A DNA stretch of 64,000 bases from Candidatus Berkelbacteria bacterium (GCA_037142675.1 JBAXAF010000001.1:28543-92542); one strand, 5' to 3'. Positions 37,518-47,508 are shown, counted from the first letter of the stretch. Translations and numbers: made by a program. The notes: generated from the sequence alone by a model not told the origin.

Positions 37518-37945
37518 TGGATAAGATTTATATAAATACAGACGGTGGATCTCGGGGAAATCCAGGTCCTGCAGCGGTTGGCGTAGTTTTTTTTGATGCC
37601 GATCAAAAAGTTATTCATGAATACAAGGAGTGTATTGGCCACGGAACAAATAATGAGGCGGAGTACCTTGCAATTATCAAAGCATTGGAGATATTAACTA
37701 AATCCAAGTGGTTTGCTGAAAATAATATTGTCGAGAAAGAAGTAATCTGTCGGCTTGACTCACAGCTTGTGGTTGAACAGATCAATGGTAATTATAAAAT
37801 TAAACAGGACCACTTAAAGCTTTTTATTGCTCAAATTCGACAAATGATTGCCCAAATGCAGCTAAGTATCTCTTTCATTCACATCCCACGGGAGGAGAAC
37901 AAGTTGGTCGACAAATTGGTCAATAAAGCGCTGGACGAGGCTTAA
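37517..37945 (+). CDS. rnhA: Ribonuclease HI family protein
   Basis: TDGGSRGNPGPA, TNNEAEY, DSQLV, HIPREEN. Confidence 0.9.
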   Translation: MDKIYINTDGGSRGNPGPAAVGVVFFDADQKVIHEYKECIGHGTNNEAEYLAIIKALEILTKSKWFAENNIVEKEVICRLDSQLVVEQINGNYKIKQDHLKLFIAQIRQMIAQMQLSISFIHIPREENKLVDKLVNKALDEA

Positions 37946-37947
37946 TT

Positions 37948-38054
37948 TGTCATTGCGAGGAGATGTGCGACGTGGCAATCTCATTTGTCATTCCGGACTT
38001 GATCCGGAATCTATCTAATAGTTTTTTGGATCCTGAATCAAGTTCAGGATGACA
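37948..38054. repeat. Cluster of family A repeats
   Basis: TGTCATTGCGAGGAGATGTGCGACGTGGCAATCTC (37948-82) then double hairpin 37986-38054 matching 9454. Confidence 0.85.
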
Positions 38055-38064
38055 GAAAAATACC

Positions 38065-38286
38065 ATGAAAGTCTCCATCAAAGTTATTCCATCTGCTAAA
38101 GTTGAACAAATCCAGCCAGCTCTAGATGGCTCTCTAAAAGTTTGGTTACGTGCTCGCCCAAAAGAAGGCGAGGCTAACAAAGCACTTGTAAAATTACTTT
38201 CAAAACATTTTGATGTCCCAAAAACATCAATAGATATCGTTTCTGGTCTAACCTCTCGGAACAAAGTTGTTGAAATAGAAAAATAG
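38065..38286 (+). CDS. DUF167 (YggU-like) protein
   Basis: KVIPSAK, ARPKEGEANKAL, IVSGLTSRNK. Confidence 0.9.
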   Translation: MKVSIKVIPSAKVEQIQPALDGSLKVWLRARPKEGEANKALVKLLSKHFDVPKTSIDIVSGLTSRNKVVEIEK

Positions 38287-38301
38287 TACTATATAAGCAC
38301 A

Positions 38302-38351
38302 GCTTTTAACGCCTCGTGTCCGCTTCGCGGGGCTATTGAATCTTGTTATAA
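38302..38351 (-). repeat. attC-like 50-bp repeat (family C)
   Basis: Minus strand TTATAACAAGAT...CCGCGAAGCGG...GAGGCGTTAAAAGC; relatives at 46938, 52252, 62477. Confidence 0.6.
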
Positions 38352-38382
38352 AAAAAGCCGCGCCCCAGTTGGGGCACGAGCC
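38348..38382 (-). terminator. Intrinsic terminator of U4
   Basis: GCCCCA-containing stem; minus-strand tail TTTTTTTAT. Confidence 0.7.
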
Positions 38383-38392
38383 AGATGAACTA

Positions 38393-38881
38393 TCACTCTT
38401 TCCAGCCGACATATTTCAGCTGGCGGACTGCTTGTAGCGGCTTCAGTTGAACTGCAGGAAACTTTTGAGCGTGGCGGACGATGGTGCGGCCCTCCACTTT
38501 CCCCATAATGAACACCCGCGTGAAGCCACATCGGGGGCAACCTTGCAGATCTGCCATTCCGTGACTGTATCCGTCGAAGTCGCGGGCGGGTTTTTGCGAT
38601 AATGCAACTTCGCTGAAGCATCGCAGACAGACTTTGCTCATGTCAATGATAAAGTTTTCCGCGGAACACTTCAGGCAAGATACAGGCTGTGCTCCTATTA
38701 CAATGTAAGCATCAGCCACCAGCGTCGGGTACGCTTCTACTGCTTCAGCCAACCGGTAGTCGTGCTCGCAGTTGTTCTGGATCTCCTCGAGCTGCTTGGC
38801 GAGCTTGTCCAGTTCTGTCTGGAGCCTGATGGCTTCGTTCTTTGGCCGTTTGCATTTAGGTGCTAGCGTTAGGTTGTGCAT
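38393..38881 (-). CDS. Cys-rich hypothetical protein, GC-rich orphan unit U4
   Basis: AAGGAG SD before ATG 38881; CxH plus three CxxC motifs. Confidence 0.75.
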   Translation of the reverse strand: MHNLTLAPKCKRPKNEAIRLQTELDKLAKQLEEIQNNCEHDYRLAEAVEAYPTLVADAYIVIGAQPVSCLKCSAENFIIDMSKVCLRCFSEVALSQKPARDFDGYSHGMADLQGCPRCGFTRVFIMGKVEGRTIVRHAQKFPAVQLKPLQAVRQLKYVGWKE

Positions 38882-38907
38882 TACAAACTCCTTTTGGAAA
38901 CGATAAA

Positions 38908-38936
38908 ATATTATCATTTTATTGTATATATGTCAA
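38908..38936 (-). promoter_or_regulatory. Promoter of U4
   Basis: TTGACA-17 nt-TAATAT with extended TG. Confidence 0.75.
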
Positions 38937-38987
38937 CATTGAAAAACGAGCTTGGGAAGTGTAAAATAAAACTAAATAATTAAGGAG

Positions 38988-41948
38988 ATGTTCCGAAGTA
39001 AATTCGGGATAACATTAATGTCATTTAAAAAGGTTGATCCACAACTTAACTTACCGAAACTTGAGGAGAAAATCCTTAAATTTTGGGATGAGAATAAAAC
39101 CTTCCAGAAATCTTTGGATATTCGCAAGGACGCGCCACGATACACTTTTTATGACGGGCCGCCATTCGCCACTGGAACGCCTCACTACGGCCATATTCCC
39201 TCATCACTAATGAAAGATGCTGTACCGCGTTATTGGACAATGAAGGGCAAACTGGTAGAGCGCAAGTGGGGTTGGGATTGTCATGGGCTGCCAATTGAGA
39301 ACATTGCTGAAAAAGAACTTGGAATTAAAACTAAAAAAGAGATCGAAGAAATTGGTGTAGATAAGTTCAACGAATTTTGCAGGTCAAAAGTTTTGGGTTA
39401 TGTTGATGAATGGAAAAAAGTTATTCGTCGTATGGGGCGCTGGGCTGATATGGACAACGCCTACAAAACAATGGATTTGGATTACATGGAGTCGGTTTGG
39501 TCAGTTTTTAAAGATTTATATGACAAAGATTTGATTTATGAAGGCTATCGCTCCATGCATATTTGCCCTCGTTGCGAGACCACTTTGTCGCAATCTGAAG
39601 TTGCAGAGGGCTACAAAGATATTAAAGATTTGTCAGTAATCGCAAAATTTCATTTAGATGCTGGCCAGAAATTCGGCGATCATGAAACAAAAGATGCGGC
39701 ATATATTTTGGCGTGGACTACTACCCCGTGGACATTGATAGGAAATGTTGCATTGGCTGTTGGAGCTGACATAAAATATTCTGCACTTAGAATTAATGGC
39801 ATCAAAGAACTACTAATATTGGCATCAGATAGAGTGGAAGACGTTACTAAGGATAATGATATTGAAATTGTTCACGATGATATCAAAGGATCGGATTTAG
39901 TCGGATTAAAATATCAGCCGTTATTCGATGTTGATAAAAATGTCAAAAATGCTGAAAATGGATGGTGTGTTGTTGCGGCCGATTTTGTAACTACCGAAGA
40001 TGGCACCGGCGTTGTTCATATTGCTCCGGCATTTGGTGAAGACGATATGAATTTGGGAAAAAAATTAGATTTGCCATTTATTCAGCACGTCGGTATGGAT
40101 GGAATTATCAAGCCTGGTTACGGCGAATTCTCTGGTTTGTCAGTCAAGCCGGCAGAGGATGTCCAGTCTACTGATGTTGCCATTATTAAATACCTTGCCG
40201 GAAAAAATTTATTATTCGATAAAAAGCAATACGAGCATTCATATCCGCACTGTTGGCGTTGTGACACTCCACTAATTAACTACGCAACATCTTCCTGGTT
40301 TGTGGCAGTTGAAAAAGTAAAAACTCAAGCTTTGGAGTTAGCAAAAGACATTAATTGGTCGCCAAAACATGTAAAGGCCGGGCGTTTTGGCATGTGGCTA
40401 GAAGGTGCACGCGACTGGTCAATTTCAAGGCAGAGATATTGGGCATCAGTAATGCCTATTTGGAAATGCGAAAAATGCAACGAAATAAAAGTTGTTGGAT
40501 CAGTTTCCCAGTTAGAAGAATTATCTGGCGAAAAGGTGACCGATTTGCATAAACATATTGTTGACAAAATTTCTTTCAAATGTGAAAAATGTAACAGCGA
40601 AATGAAACGAATCCCTGATGTTTTGGACACCTGGTTTGATTCCGGTTCAATGCCATACGCCCAAATGCATTATCCCTTTGAAAATAAAGAAAAATTTGAA
40701 AATAATTTTCCTGCGGATTTTATTGCTGAGGGCGTGGACCAAACTCGCGCTTGGTTTTATTATTTACATATTTTAGCGACTGCAACCCAGCATAAACCAG
40801 CTTTCAAAAATGTTATTGTTAACGGTATTGTTTTGGCCGAGGATGGCAAGAAGATGTCAAAGCGATTGCAGAATTATCCTGACCCAATGGAGATGTTTAA
40901 TAAATATGGCGCTGATGTAATGCGGATGTATTTCCTGACTTCACCTGTTGTTGCCGCTGAAAATTTGAATTTTTCAGAATCTGATATGTCAGAATTCTCC
41001 CGTGGTATGTTTAGGATGCTGTGGAATTCGTATTATTTTTTCATACTTTATGTGACAACTGATAATTGGACCCCGGCAGAAAATTATAAGCCGGGCAACT
41101 TGCTAGATGTTTGGATCGTTTCCAAACTTGAAACTTTGAATCTGGAAATTGAGAAAAACATGCAAGCGTATAACTTACCAGGGGCGACCAGATTGTTTGC
41201 GGAATTTATTGATGAGCTTTCAAATTGGTATATACGCAGAAGCAGAAAAAGATTTTGGAAGTCAGAAAACGATGACGATAAAAATGCAGCGTACGCTACT
41301 TTGCATTATGTTTTAACAAAATTATCTCAACTTTTGGCACCATTCGCACCATTTGTTTCTGAAGAAATTTATCAAAATTTGACTGGCAAAGAATCAGTTC
41401 ACTTGTCTGATTTTCCAGTCGCAAACAAGGGCTTTATTAAAGACGATGTTATTGCTGACATGGATTTAGCGCGAAAAATTGTCGAGCTTGGTCTTTCCAA
41501 AAGAGCAGAAGCGGCAATTAAAGTTCGCCAGCCGCTTATGACGATTAAATACAAGGCTAAACAATTGTCTGTGGAGCTGGAATCAATTATTGCAAGTGAG
41601 GTCAATGTTAGAAGCATATATTATGACAAGGAAATTTCTGATGATATTGAGCTGGACACGCAGTTGTCTGATGATCTAATTTTGGAAGGCAAGGCGCGAG
41701 AATTTGTTAGAATTGTTCAGGGGTTACGCAAAAAAGCCGACTTTGATATCTCTGATAGAATAGAAACTTACTATATAACTGAAGACCAGACACTTTTAAG
41801 CGCAATTTCTAAAGAATTGGAATATATCAAAAAAGAAACCTTGTCCGAGAAGTTGGAAGGCAAAAGAAATGATTCTTTAGATATCTCTGAGGAGTCTAAA
41901 ATTGATGGGGTAAGCATATTTATTGGGGCAAGAAGGACTAAAACATAA
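38988..41948 (+). CDS. ileS: Isoleucine--tRNA ligase, IleRS2 type (start may be ATG 39018)
   Basis: DGPPFATGTPHYGH, GWDCHGLP, WTTTPWTL, DWSISRQRYW, KMSKR. Confidence 0.97.
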   Translation: MFRSKFGITLMSFKKVDPQLNLPKLEEKILKFWDENKTFQKSLDIRKDAPRYTFYDGPPFATGTPHYGHIPSSLMKDAVPRYWTMKGKLVERKWGWDCHGLPIENIAEKELGIKTKKEIEEIGVDKFNEFCRSKVLGYVDEWKKVIRRMGRWADMDNAYKTMDLDYMESVWSVFKDLYDKDLIYEGYRSMHICPRCETTLSQSEVAEGYKDIKDLSVIAKFHLDAGQKFGDHETKDAAYILAWTTTPWTLIGNVALAVGADIKYSALRINGIKELLILASDRVEDVTKDNDIEIVHDDIKGSDLVGLKYQPLFDVDKNVKNAENGWCVVAADFVTTEDGTGVVHIAPAFGEDDMNLGKKLDLPFIQHVGMDGIIKPGYGEFSGLSVKPAEDVQSTDVAIIKYLAGKNLLFDKKQYEHSYPHCWRCDTPLINYATSSWFVAVEKVKTQALELAKDINWSPKHVKAGRFGMWLEGARDWSISRQRYWASVMPIWKCEKCNEIKVVGSVSQLEELSGEKVTDLHKHIVDKISFKCEKCNSEMKRIPDVLDTWFDSGSMPYAQMHYPFENKEKFENNFPADFIAEGVDQTRAWFYYLHILATATQHKPAFKNVIVNGIVLAEDGKKMSKRLQNYPDPMEMFNKYGADVMRMYFLTSPVVAAENLNFSESDMSEFSRGMFRMLWNSYYFFILYVTTDNWTPAENYKPGNLLDVWIVSKLETLNLEIEKNMQAYNLPGATRLFAEFIDELSNWYIRRSRKRFWKSENDDDKNAAYATLHYVLTKLSQLLAPFAPFVSEEIYQNLTGKESVHLSDFPVANKGFIKDDVIADMDLARKIVELGLSKRAEAAIKVRQPLMTIKYKAKQLSVELESIIASEVNVRSIYYDKEISDDIELDTQLSDDLILEGKAREFVRIVQGLRKKADFDISDRIETYYITEDQTLLSAISKELEYIKKETLSEKLEGKRNDSLDISEESKIDGVSIFIGARRTKT

Positions 41949-43073
41949 ATGTTTGCGAAACTCAGGGGTCTAGATTTTCCGCTGCTGATCACTTCTACTC
42001 TTTTATCGTTTGTCGGAATTGCCGTAATTTACAGTTTGGTTTTTGCTCAAGTTGAAAGCAATTTGGCTCTAAAGCAATTAATATTTTTTTTAATTGGTTT
42101 GGTAATATTGTTTGCGCTCGCAAATTTTGACTACAGAATACTTTCTGGTACTAGCTGGTATTTATATTTAATTGTGATTGCTCTTTTGGTTATAGTTGAT
42201 CTATTTGGAAAAACTACCGGTGGGGCAACCCGCTGGATTGACCTGAAAATCTTTCAACTACAGCCTTCGGAATTTTATAAATTTGTTTCTGTTATCTTTA
42301 TGGCGTCCTTTCTTTCCCGCCGGCTTGGTCGGGTAAAAACTGCGGATATTTTGTATATGTTTTTAATGTTATTGCCGCCATTGTTTTTGGTGCTGATTGA
42401 ACCGGATTTGGGAACAGCATTGGTGATTATTTTTTCCTGGTTTGTGATGATTATTTTTTCAAAATTAACCGCAAAGCAGTATGTGCTGATTTTCGGCTCT
42501 CTGGTAGCTTTAATTGCTATATTCTTTTTGTCGGTCTACAAAATCCCACCCTTTACACCACTGCTTATGGATTATCAACGCACAAGGGTTGAAACATTAA
42601 TTCATCCATCAAAGGACAAAAAATACATTTATGAAAAAGGATACAATGTTGCTCAGGCTCAAATTGCCATCGGTTCTGGTGGAATATTCGGTAGAGGTTT
42701 AAGTCACGGTTCGCAATCTCAGCTACAATTCTTGCCAAAACCGGAGACCGACTTTATTTTTTCTAGTTATTCCGAAGCTTTTGGGTTGATTGGGGGCTTA
42801 ATATTATTGGCAGCTTTTGTACATCTTCTTATTCGGACGATTGACGTTGCAAGGTTGGCGAAAGATAACTTCGGATATCTTTTGGCGGTTGGCGCTGGGG
42901 CAACTTTTGCTTTCCAAATTGTCGTGAATGTTGCTATGAATTTAGGCTTGGCTCCCGTCACAGGGATACCACTACCATTTGTCAGTGCTGGCGGTTCTTC
43001 GCTTATTACATCGTTCATTCTAATCGGCATATTAGAAAGTATTTATATCCATCGGAAGAAACTCAGCTTTTAA
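41949..43073 (+). CDS. rodA: SEDS family cell-wall protein, probably RodA
   Basis: GATRWI, QPSEF, EPDLGTA, AIGSGG, FLPKPETDFIF, GIPLPFVSAGGSS. Confidence 0.85.
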   Translation: MFAKLRGLDFPLLITSTLLSFVGIAVIYSLVFAQVESNLALKQLIFFLIGLVILFALANFDYRILSGTSWYLYLIVIALLVIVDLFGKTTGGATRWIDLKIFQLQPSEFYKFVSVIFMASFLSRRLGRVKTADILYMFLMLLPPLFLVLIEPDLGTALVIIFSWFVMIIFSKLTAKQYVLIFGSLVALIAIFFLSVYKIPPFTPLLMDYQRTRVETLIHPSKDKKYIYEKGYNVAQAQIAIGSGGIFGRGLSHGSQSQLQFLPKPETDFIFSSYSEAFGLIGGLILLAAFVHLLIRTIDVARLAKDNFGYLLAVGAGATFAFQIVVNVAMNLGLAPVTGIPLPFVSAGGSSLITSFILIGILESIYIHRKKLSF

Positions 43074-43077
43074 CCTC

Positions 43078-43106
43078 TTGACTATTTTTTCTGAATTTGC
43101 TAAGAT
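43078..43106 (+). promoter_or_regulatory. Promoter of rplU-secE-nusG-rplK
   Basis: TTGACT-17 nt-TAAGAT with extended TG. Confidence 0.6.
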
Positions 43107-43160
43107 TAGTTTGTATTCCGTCGGGGATTTTTTAAATTAGAGGGTTGAAATTATCTATCA

Positions 43161-43188
43161 GTAGATTCCCGTTTCAGCGGGAATGACA
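43161..43188. repeat. Family A single hairpin
   Basis: GTAGATTCCCGTTTCAGCGGGAATGACA. Confidence 0.75.
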
Positions 43189-43200
43189 GGAGCTCATATA

Positions 43201-43518
43201 ATGTTCGCAATCGTAAGCCTTGCTGGCAAGCAGTTTACTGTTGAAACTGGCAAGAAAATCAAAATTGATTCCAAGCTAGAATCCAAAGACATGAAAATTA
43301 AACTTTCTGAGGTTTTGTTAATTGCCGACGAAAAAAAACTAATTATCGGCAAGCCTACAGTTGACGGTGCTTCAGTTGATGCTGAAATTTTGGAAGAGAA
43401 AAAAGCAGCAAAAGTTTTGATCGTTAAGCATCATCCGAAAAAAAGGTACAGACGAACAATTGGCCACAGACAAGATCTAACAACTTTAAAAATCCTAAAA
43501 ATAAATGAAGGAAAATAA
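43201..43518 (+). CDS. rplU: 50S ribosomal protein L21
   Basis: MFAIVSLAGKQFTV, IGKPTV, KKRYRRTIGHRQ. Confidence 0.93.
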   Translation: MFAIVSLAGKQFTVETGKKIKIDSKLESKDMKIKLSEVLLIADEKKLIIGKPTVDGASVDAEILEEKKAAKVLIVKHHPKKRYRRTIGHRQDLTTLKILKINEGK

Positions 43519-43702
43519 AGTAACCAAATATTTTATTGACTCGTATCTTGAGCTAAAGAAAGTTACCTGGCCAACACGAAAACAGCTCATTCGAGATACC
43601 CTAATTGTAATCGTTTCAGCTGCTATCGCTACGGCAATTTTGGCACTAATAGACTTAGGACTAACAAATACATTGCAATATTTTGTTTCTTTGAAAGGAT
43701 AA
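43505..43702 (+). CDS. secE: Preprotein translocase subunit SecE
   Basis: ELKKVTWPTRK plus one TM, upstream of nusG. Confidence 0.93.
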   Translation: MKENKVTKYFIDSYLELKKVTWPTRKQLIRDTLIVIVSAAIATAILALIDLGLTNTLQYFVSLKG

Positions 43703-43705
43703 ATT

Positions 43706-44371
43706 ATGACAAGCTCAAAATCCAAAGCTGAAGATCCACAAGTTGAAGAAGTAAAATCTGAAGTTGTTGATGTTGAAGAATCTGCGGCAGAGGAAATTCC
43801 AGCTGAGGAAGTTAAGCCGACAATTTTGAAAACCAACCGTCAGTCTGGTGAGCGCAACTGGTATGTGATTCATACTTATTCTGGCTACGAAGAGCAGGTA
43901 TCAGACAATCTAAAACAACGGATTGAATCATTTGGCATGGAAGATAAAATTTTTGATGTTATCGTTCCGAAAGAAAAACAAATTGAAATCCGAAACGGTA
44001 AACGCAGAACTGTTGAGAAAAGAATATTTCCAGGTTATGTTTTGGTTGATATGATAGTCGATGATGATTCTTGGTATGTTGTTAGAAATACACCAAACGT
44101 CACCGGCTTTATTGGCTTCGGCGTTAGACCGACACCAATGTCAATCGAAGAAATTGAACGAATCAAAAAACGAATGGGCGTTGAAGAACCAAAATATAAA
44201 ATTGAATTCACAATTGGTGACTTGGTTAAAATCACCGACGGCGCACTTAAAGGATTTGACGCTAAGGTTGAAGATATTGATCACGAAAAAGGTAAGATTA
44301 AAGTTTTGGTTAATATGTTTGGACGCGAGACCCCAGTGAATCTCGACTTCCTGCAAGTAAAGAAAGTATAA
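43706..44371 (+). CDS. nusG: Transcription termination/antitermination factor NusG
   Basis: [36 protein letters not shown]; acidic N-terminal extension. Confidence 0.97.
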   Translation: MTSSKSKAEDPQVEEVKSEVVDVEESAAEEIPAEEVKPTILKTNRQSGERNWYVIHTYSGYEEQVSDNLKQRIESFGMEDKIFDVIVPKEKQIEIRNGKRRTVEKRIFPGYVLVDMIVDDDSWYVVRNTPNVTGFIGFGVRPTPMSIEEIERIKKRMGVEEPKYKIEFTIGDLVKITDGALKGFDAKVEDIDHEKGKIKVLVNMFGRETPVNLDFLQVKKV

Positions 44372-44381
44372 GGAAAAAACA

Positions 44382-44807
44382 ATGGCAAAAGAAGTAAAAG
44401 CAATAATTAAATTACAGTGTGCTGCCGGTAAAGCTAACCCAGCACCACCAGTTGGCCCAGCTTTGGGACAGCATGGTGTAAACATTATGGAATTTTGTAA
44501 TTCCTTTAATGAGCAAACCAGAGAATTAGGTGACACTATTATTCCGGTAGAAATAACAGTTTTCGAAGATCGAACTTTTTCTTTCATCTTGAAAAATCCA
44601 CCAGCAGCAATTCTATTGAAAAAAGCTATCAATATTGAAAAGGGTTCAGGAAGCTCAAAAAAAGAAAAAGTTGGTAAAATTTCTCAGGCAAAACTTCGAG
44701 AAATCGCTGAAATTAAATTACCGGACTTAAATGCTAAAACCGTAGACGCAGCAATGAATACTTTGGCTGGAACTGCAAAGAACATGGGTATCGAAGTAGA
44801 GAAGTGA
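44382..44807 (+). CDS. rplK: 50S ribosomal protein L11
   Basis: [25 protein letters not shown]. Confidence 0.97.
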   Translation: MAKEVKAIIKLQCAAGKANPAPPVGPALGQHGVNIMEFCNSFNEQTRELGDTIIPVEITVFEDRTFSFILKNPPAAILLKKAINIEKGSGSSKKEKVGKISQAKLREIAEIKLPDLNAKTVDAAMNTLAGTAKNMGIEVEK

Positions 44808-44815
44808 CCCATTGG

Positions 44816-44881
44816 GTCATCCCGCACTTGATGCGGGATCCACAAATAGTTTAGTAGATTCCCGCCTTCGCGGGAATGACA
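44816..44881. repeat. Family A double hairpin
   Basis: GTCATCCCGCACTTGATGCGGGATCC...GTAGATTCCCGCCTTCGCGGGAATGACA. Confidence 0.85.
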
Positions 44882-44889
44882 TTGAATAC

Positions 44890-44921
44890 AAAAATCTCCC
44901 TATGAAAACAGGGAGATTTTT
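44890..44921 (+). terminator. Terminator after rplK
   Basis: AAAATCTCCCT-loop-AGGGAGATTTTT. Confidence 0.7.
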
Positions 44922-45069
44922 GGTAGAATGGTATGTTAGTCAAAAAAATCGCACCTACTTTGCTATCCACGACCCGTTTAAGCCAAAGGAGGGGCAAAGG
45001 CTTTCTAGATACGTAGATAGCAAATTAGATACGATTACTATTAACTTAATCATAGCAAAATTGTCAGCG

Positions 45070-46908
45070 ATGTCAAATAAAACTCTAAAGATAGAAAACG
45101 GTCAAAGTATGAAAATTGATGATCTTATCATAGGTCTTCATACTTTGGGTTATGAGCGAGTCGAACACTTGACTAACTTTGGGCAGTTTTCTGTTTCTGG
45201 TGGGCTAGTAACGATTTACTCTTCAGCTAATTTTTATCCAATAACACTGGATTTTTTTGGCAACCAGATTGATCAAATTTATTCATTTGATATTTTAACT
45301 AATTACAAAAAGGAAAAAATCAGTTCGCTAGAAATTGCTGACAACAAAATTAAGTTAGATGAGAATATTGTTAAGCCTGCAGAACTAGTAGTCCATATTG
45401 ACCACGGAATTGGAATATATCGTGGCAGGATCTTAAAAAAATTGGGGGCAAAATGTCAGGAATTTTTAGCCATTGAATATGCAAATGGCGATTTTTTGTA
45501 TGTGCCAGAGAAAGTTATTGCCAAATTAACAAAGTATCTTGGTATCAGTCGAAAAACTCCGCGACTCTCAAGATTGGGTTCTACCGTTTGGGAAAAAACT
45601 AGAAAAAAAATTGAGGAAAGTATTTTAGCCCTGGCCAAAGAGTTGCTGTTGGTATATGCCAAAAGAGAGCTCATTACCCGACCAAAATATAAGATTGATC
45701 TTGCCTGGGATAAGAAATTAAAAGCAACTTTTAAACACATCGAAACTCCTGATCAAGAGCGAGCAATTTCAGAAATTTACCAAGACTTAGAGTTGGGCCG
45801 TCCAATGGACAGGCTGCTAATCGGTGATGTTGGATTTGGTAAAACCGAAGTTGCTGTTCGGGCTGCTGCTCAGGTAATTGAAAATGGTGGCCAGGTGGCA
45901 ATTTTGGCCCCAACAACAATCCTTTCCCGTCAGCATTTTGTTACCATTACCGATCGACTAAAGGACTTGCCAATTCAGGTTGCTGAGCTTTCAAGGTTCG
46001 TCAAGAGACAAGATCAAGAAAAAATTGTCGCCGGTTTAAAATCTGGAAAGATTGACTTGGTTGTTGGAACTCACCGGCTGATTAAATCGGATATTGCTTT
46101 CAAAAATCTTGGTCTCTTAATCGTTGATGAGGAACAACGGTTTGGTGTCAAAGACAAAGAAAAATTGAAAGGTTTCAAAAACGATGTCGATATTTTATCC
46201 CTTTCGGCGACTCCAATTCCTAGAACGTTGTTTATTTCACTCTCCGGAATTCGCCAGCTTTCAGTTATCAAAACTCCACCAGCCGGACGCAGGCCAATTG
46301 AAACTAAAATTGAAAAGTACGATGTCAAAAAAATTGAAGAGTATATGCTGTTAGAATTAAATCGTGGCGGTCAAGTATATTTTCTTCACAATGATGTCAA
46401 AACTATTGAAGCCAGAGCGGCAGAATTTCGTCGAATTTTTCCCAAAGCAAATATTGCCGTTGGTCATGGGCAGATGCCTGAAGAAAAACTGTCACAAGTT
46501 ATGGCCGATTTTGCGGCAATGAAAATTGATATTTTGTTTTGCTCAACAATCATTGAAAATGGTTTAGATATTCCAACAGCTAATACTTTGATAGTCGAGG
46601 ATGCTGATAATTTTGGATTGTCGCAGCTGTACCAAATTCGGGGACGAATCGGCAGGGGAGAGAATCAGGCATTTTCTTATTTCACATACAAAAAAAATCT
46701 AGTTGGTAATGCTTACAAAAGATTGCAGGCCTTGGCCGAAAAGACTGATTTAGGTAGTGGTTTTGATATTGCCTATTCCGACTTGGAAATTCGTGGTGGT
46801 GGTAACATTTTAGGCAAAGAACAACATGGAAACATGGAAGAACTTGGATTGATACTATATACAAAGCTTTTAAATCAAGCAGTTGGAAGATTAAAGTCGA
46901 AGAAATAA
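45070..46908 (+). CDS. mfd: Shortened transcription-repair coupling factor Mfd
   Basis: LGYERV..GQFSV, VVHIDHGIG, ETPDQ, MDRLLIGDVGFGKTEVA, DEEQRFG, SATPIPR, QIRGRIGR, DLEIRGGG; start uncertain (track ORF begins inside a repeat). Confidence 0.88.
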   Translation: MSNKTLKIENGQSMKIDDLIIGLHTLGYERVEHLTNFGQFSVSGGLVTIYSSANFYPITLDFFGNQIDQIYSFDILTNYKKEKISSLEIADNKIKLDENIVKPAELVVHIDHGIGIYRGRILKKLGAKCQEFLAIEYANGDFLYVPEKVIAKLTKYLGISRKTPRLSRLGSTVWEKTRKKIEESILALAKELLLVYAKRELITRPKYKIDLAWDKKLKATFKHIETPDQERAISEIYQDLELGRPMDRLLIGDVGFGKTEVAVRAAAQVIENGGQVAILAPTTILSRQHFVTITDRLKDLPIQVAELSRFVKRQDQEKIVAGLKSGKIDLVVGTHRLIKSDIAFKNLGLLIVDEEQRFGVKDKEKLKGFKNDVDILSLSATPIPRTLFISLSGIRQLSVIKTPPAGRRPIETKIEKYDVKKIEEYMLLELNRGGQVYFLHNDVKTIEARAAEFRRIFPKANIAVGHGQMPEEKLSQVMADFAAMKIDILFCSTIIENGLDIPTANTLIVEDADNFGLSQLYQIRGRIGRGENQAFSYFTYKKNLVGNAYKRLQALAEKTDLGSGFDIAYSDLEIRGGGNILGKEQHGNMEELGLILYTKLLNQAVGRLKSKK

Positions 46909-46937
46909 AATACTCTGGGCTGAAGCCACAGAGTATT

Positions 46938-47022
46938 TTTTAGCGCTCTGTATGCTTTCAGCTTCATTATTAATCGCTTCATCCTCGAACTAAAGTTTGA
47001 GGTTTTCGCTATCTTGTTATAA
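46938..47022 (-). repeat. Long degenerate family C copy with internal hairpin
   Basis: Minus strand TTATAACAAGAT...CCTCAAAC-TTTA-GTTCGAGG...ACAGAGCGCTAAAA. Confidence 0.4.
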
Positions 47023-47050
47023 AAAACACCGCCCATTACGTCGGACGGTG
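47019..47050 (-). terminator. Intrinsic terminator of U5
   Basis: CACCGTCC...GGGCGGTG-TTTTTTAT on minus strand. Confidence 0.75.
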
Positions 47051-47079
47051 TGACAACTCGGAAAGTTGTCGGGTTCGCG

Positions 47080-47508
47080 CTAGAAGCCGTTGGTGTGATC
47101 ACCGCTCTGATGACCAGCCGGCGGGTCGGTGAGGCGAAGGTCATTCGGATCGGGTTGCGGCGGGATGCCATGTTGAGGAGGTGGGGCATTCTTGTTCAAG
47201 GCCTCAATCATAGCGCGGTCGTCGATTACAACTGTGATGATCGGTCCAGAACTGTCATGAACTGGTGCCAGTGCCGCTTGCGCAGGTGATGGCGACCGCT
47301 TGACAGCCTGGTACTGCTCCTCGTCGACCATTACCATCCAGCGATACCACCGACCAAGGTGGTCAAGTTTCCAGACAATGTCGGAGCCGGTGACCTTTCC
47401 GACCTGGTTGGAGCGGCAGAGCCGATAGTTGTCCATGCCGGCCGAAATGCCAAACAGGACAACCGCTACCCACAGAACCAACCCGATAAACGTCAGGTTA
47501 TCTTTCAT
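47080..47508 (-). CDS. Membrane-anchored hypothetical protein with Pro-rich tail, GC-rich orphan unit U5
   Basis: N-terminal TM; GAGG upstream of ATG 47508. Confidence 0.72.
   Translation of the reverse strand: MKDNLTFIGLVLWVAVVLFGISAGMDNYRLCRSNQVGKVTGSDIVWKLDHLGRWYRWMVMVDEEQYQAVKRSPSPAQAALAPVHDSSGPIITVVIDDRAMIEALNKNAPPPQHGIPPQPDPNDLRLTDPPAGHQSGDHTNGF

Noticed and set aside
37950-38264. 104-aa minus ORF ending CHPELDSGS...RFRIKSGMT
   Set aside because: Antisense to the DUF167 gene plus translation of family A repeats
44812-45069. N-terminal extension of Mfd (MGHPALDAGS...DSRLRGND)
   Set aside because: Reads through a palindromic repeat and the rplK terminator; unlikely to be translated
46907-47008. 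Two hairpins as IS200/IS605 ends
   Set aside because: Superficial resemblance only; no tnpA/tnpB remnant, and the first may just terminate mfd
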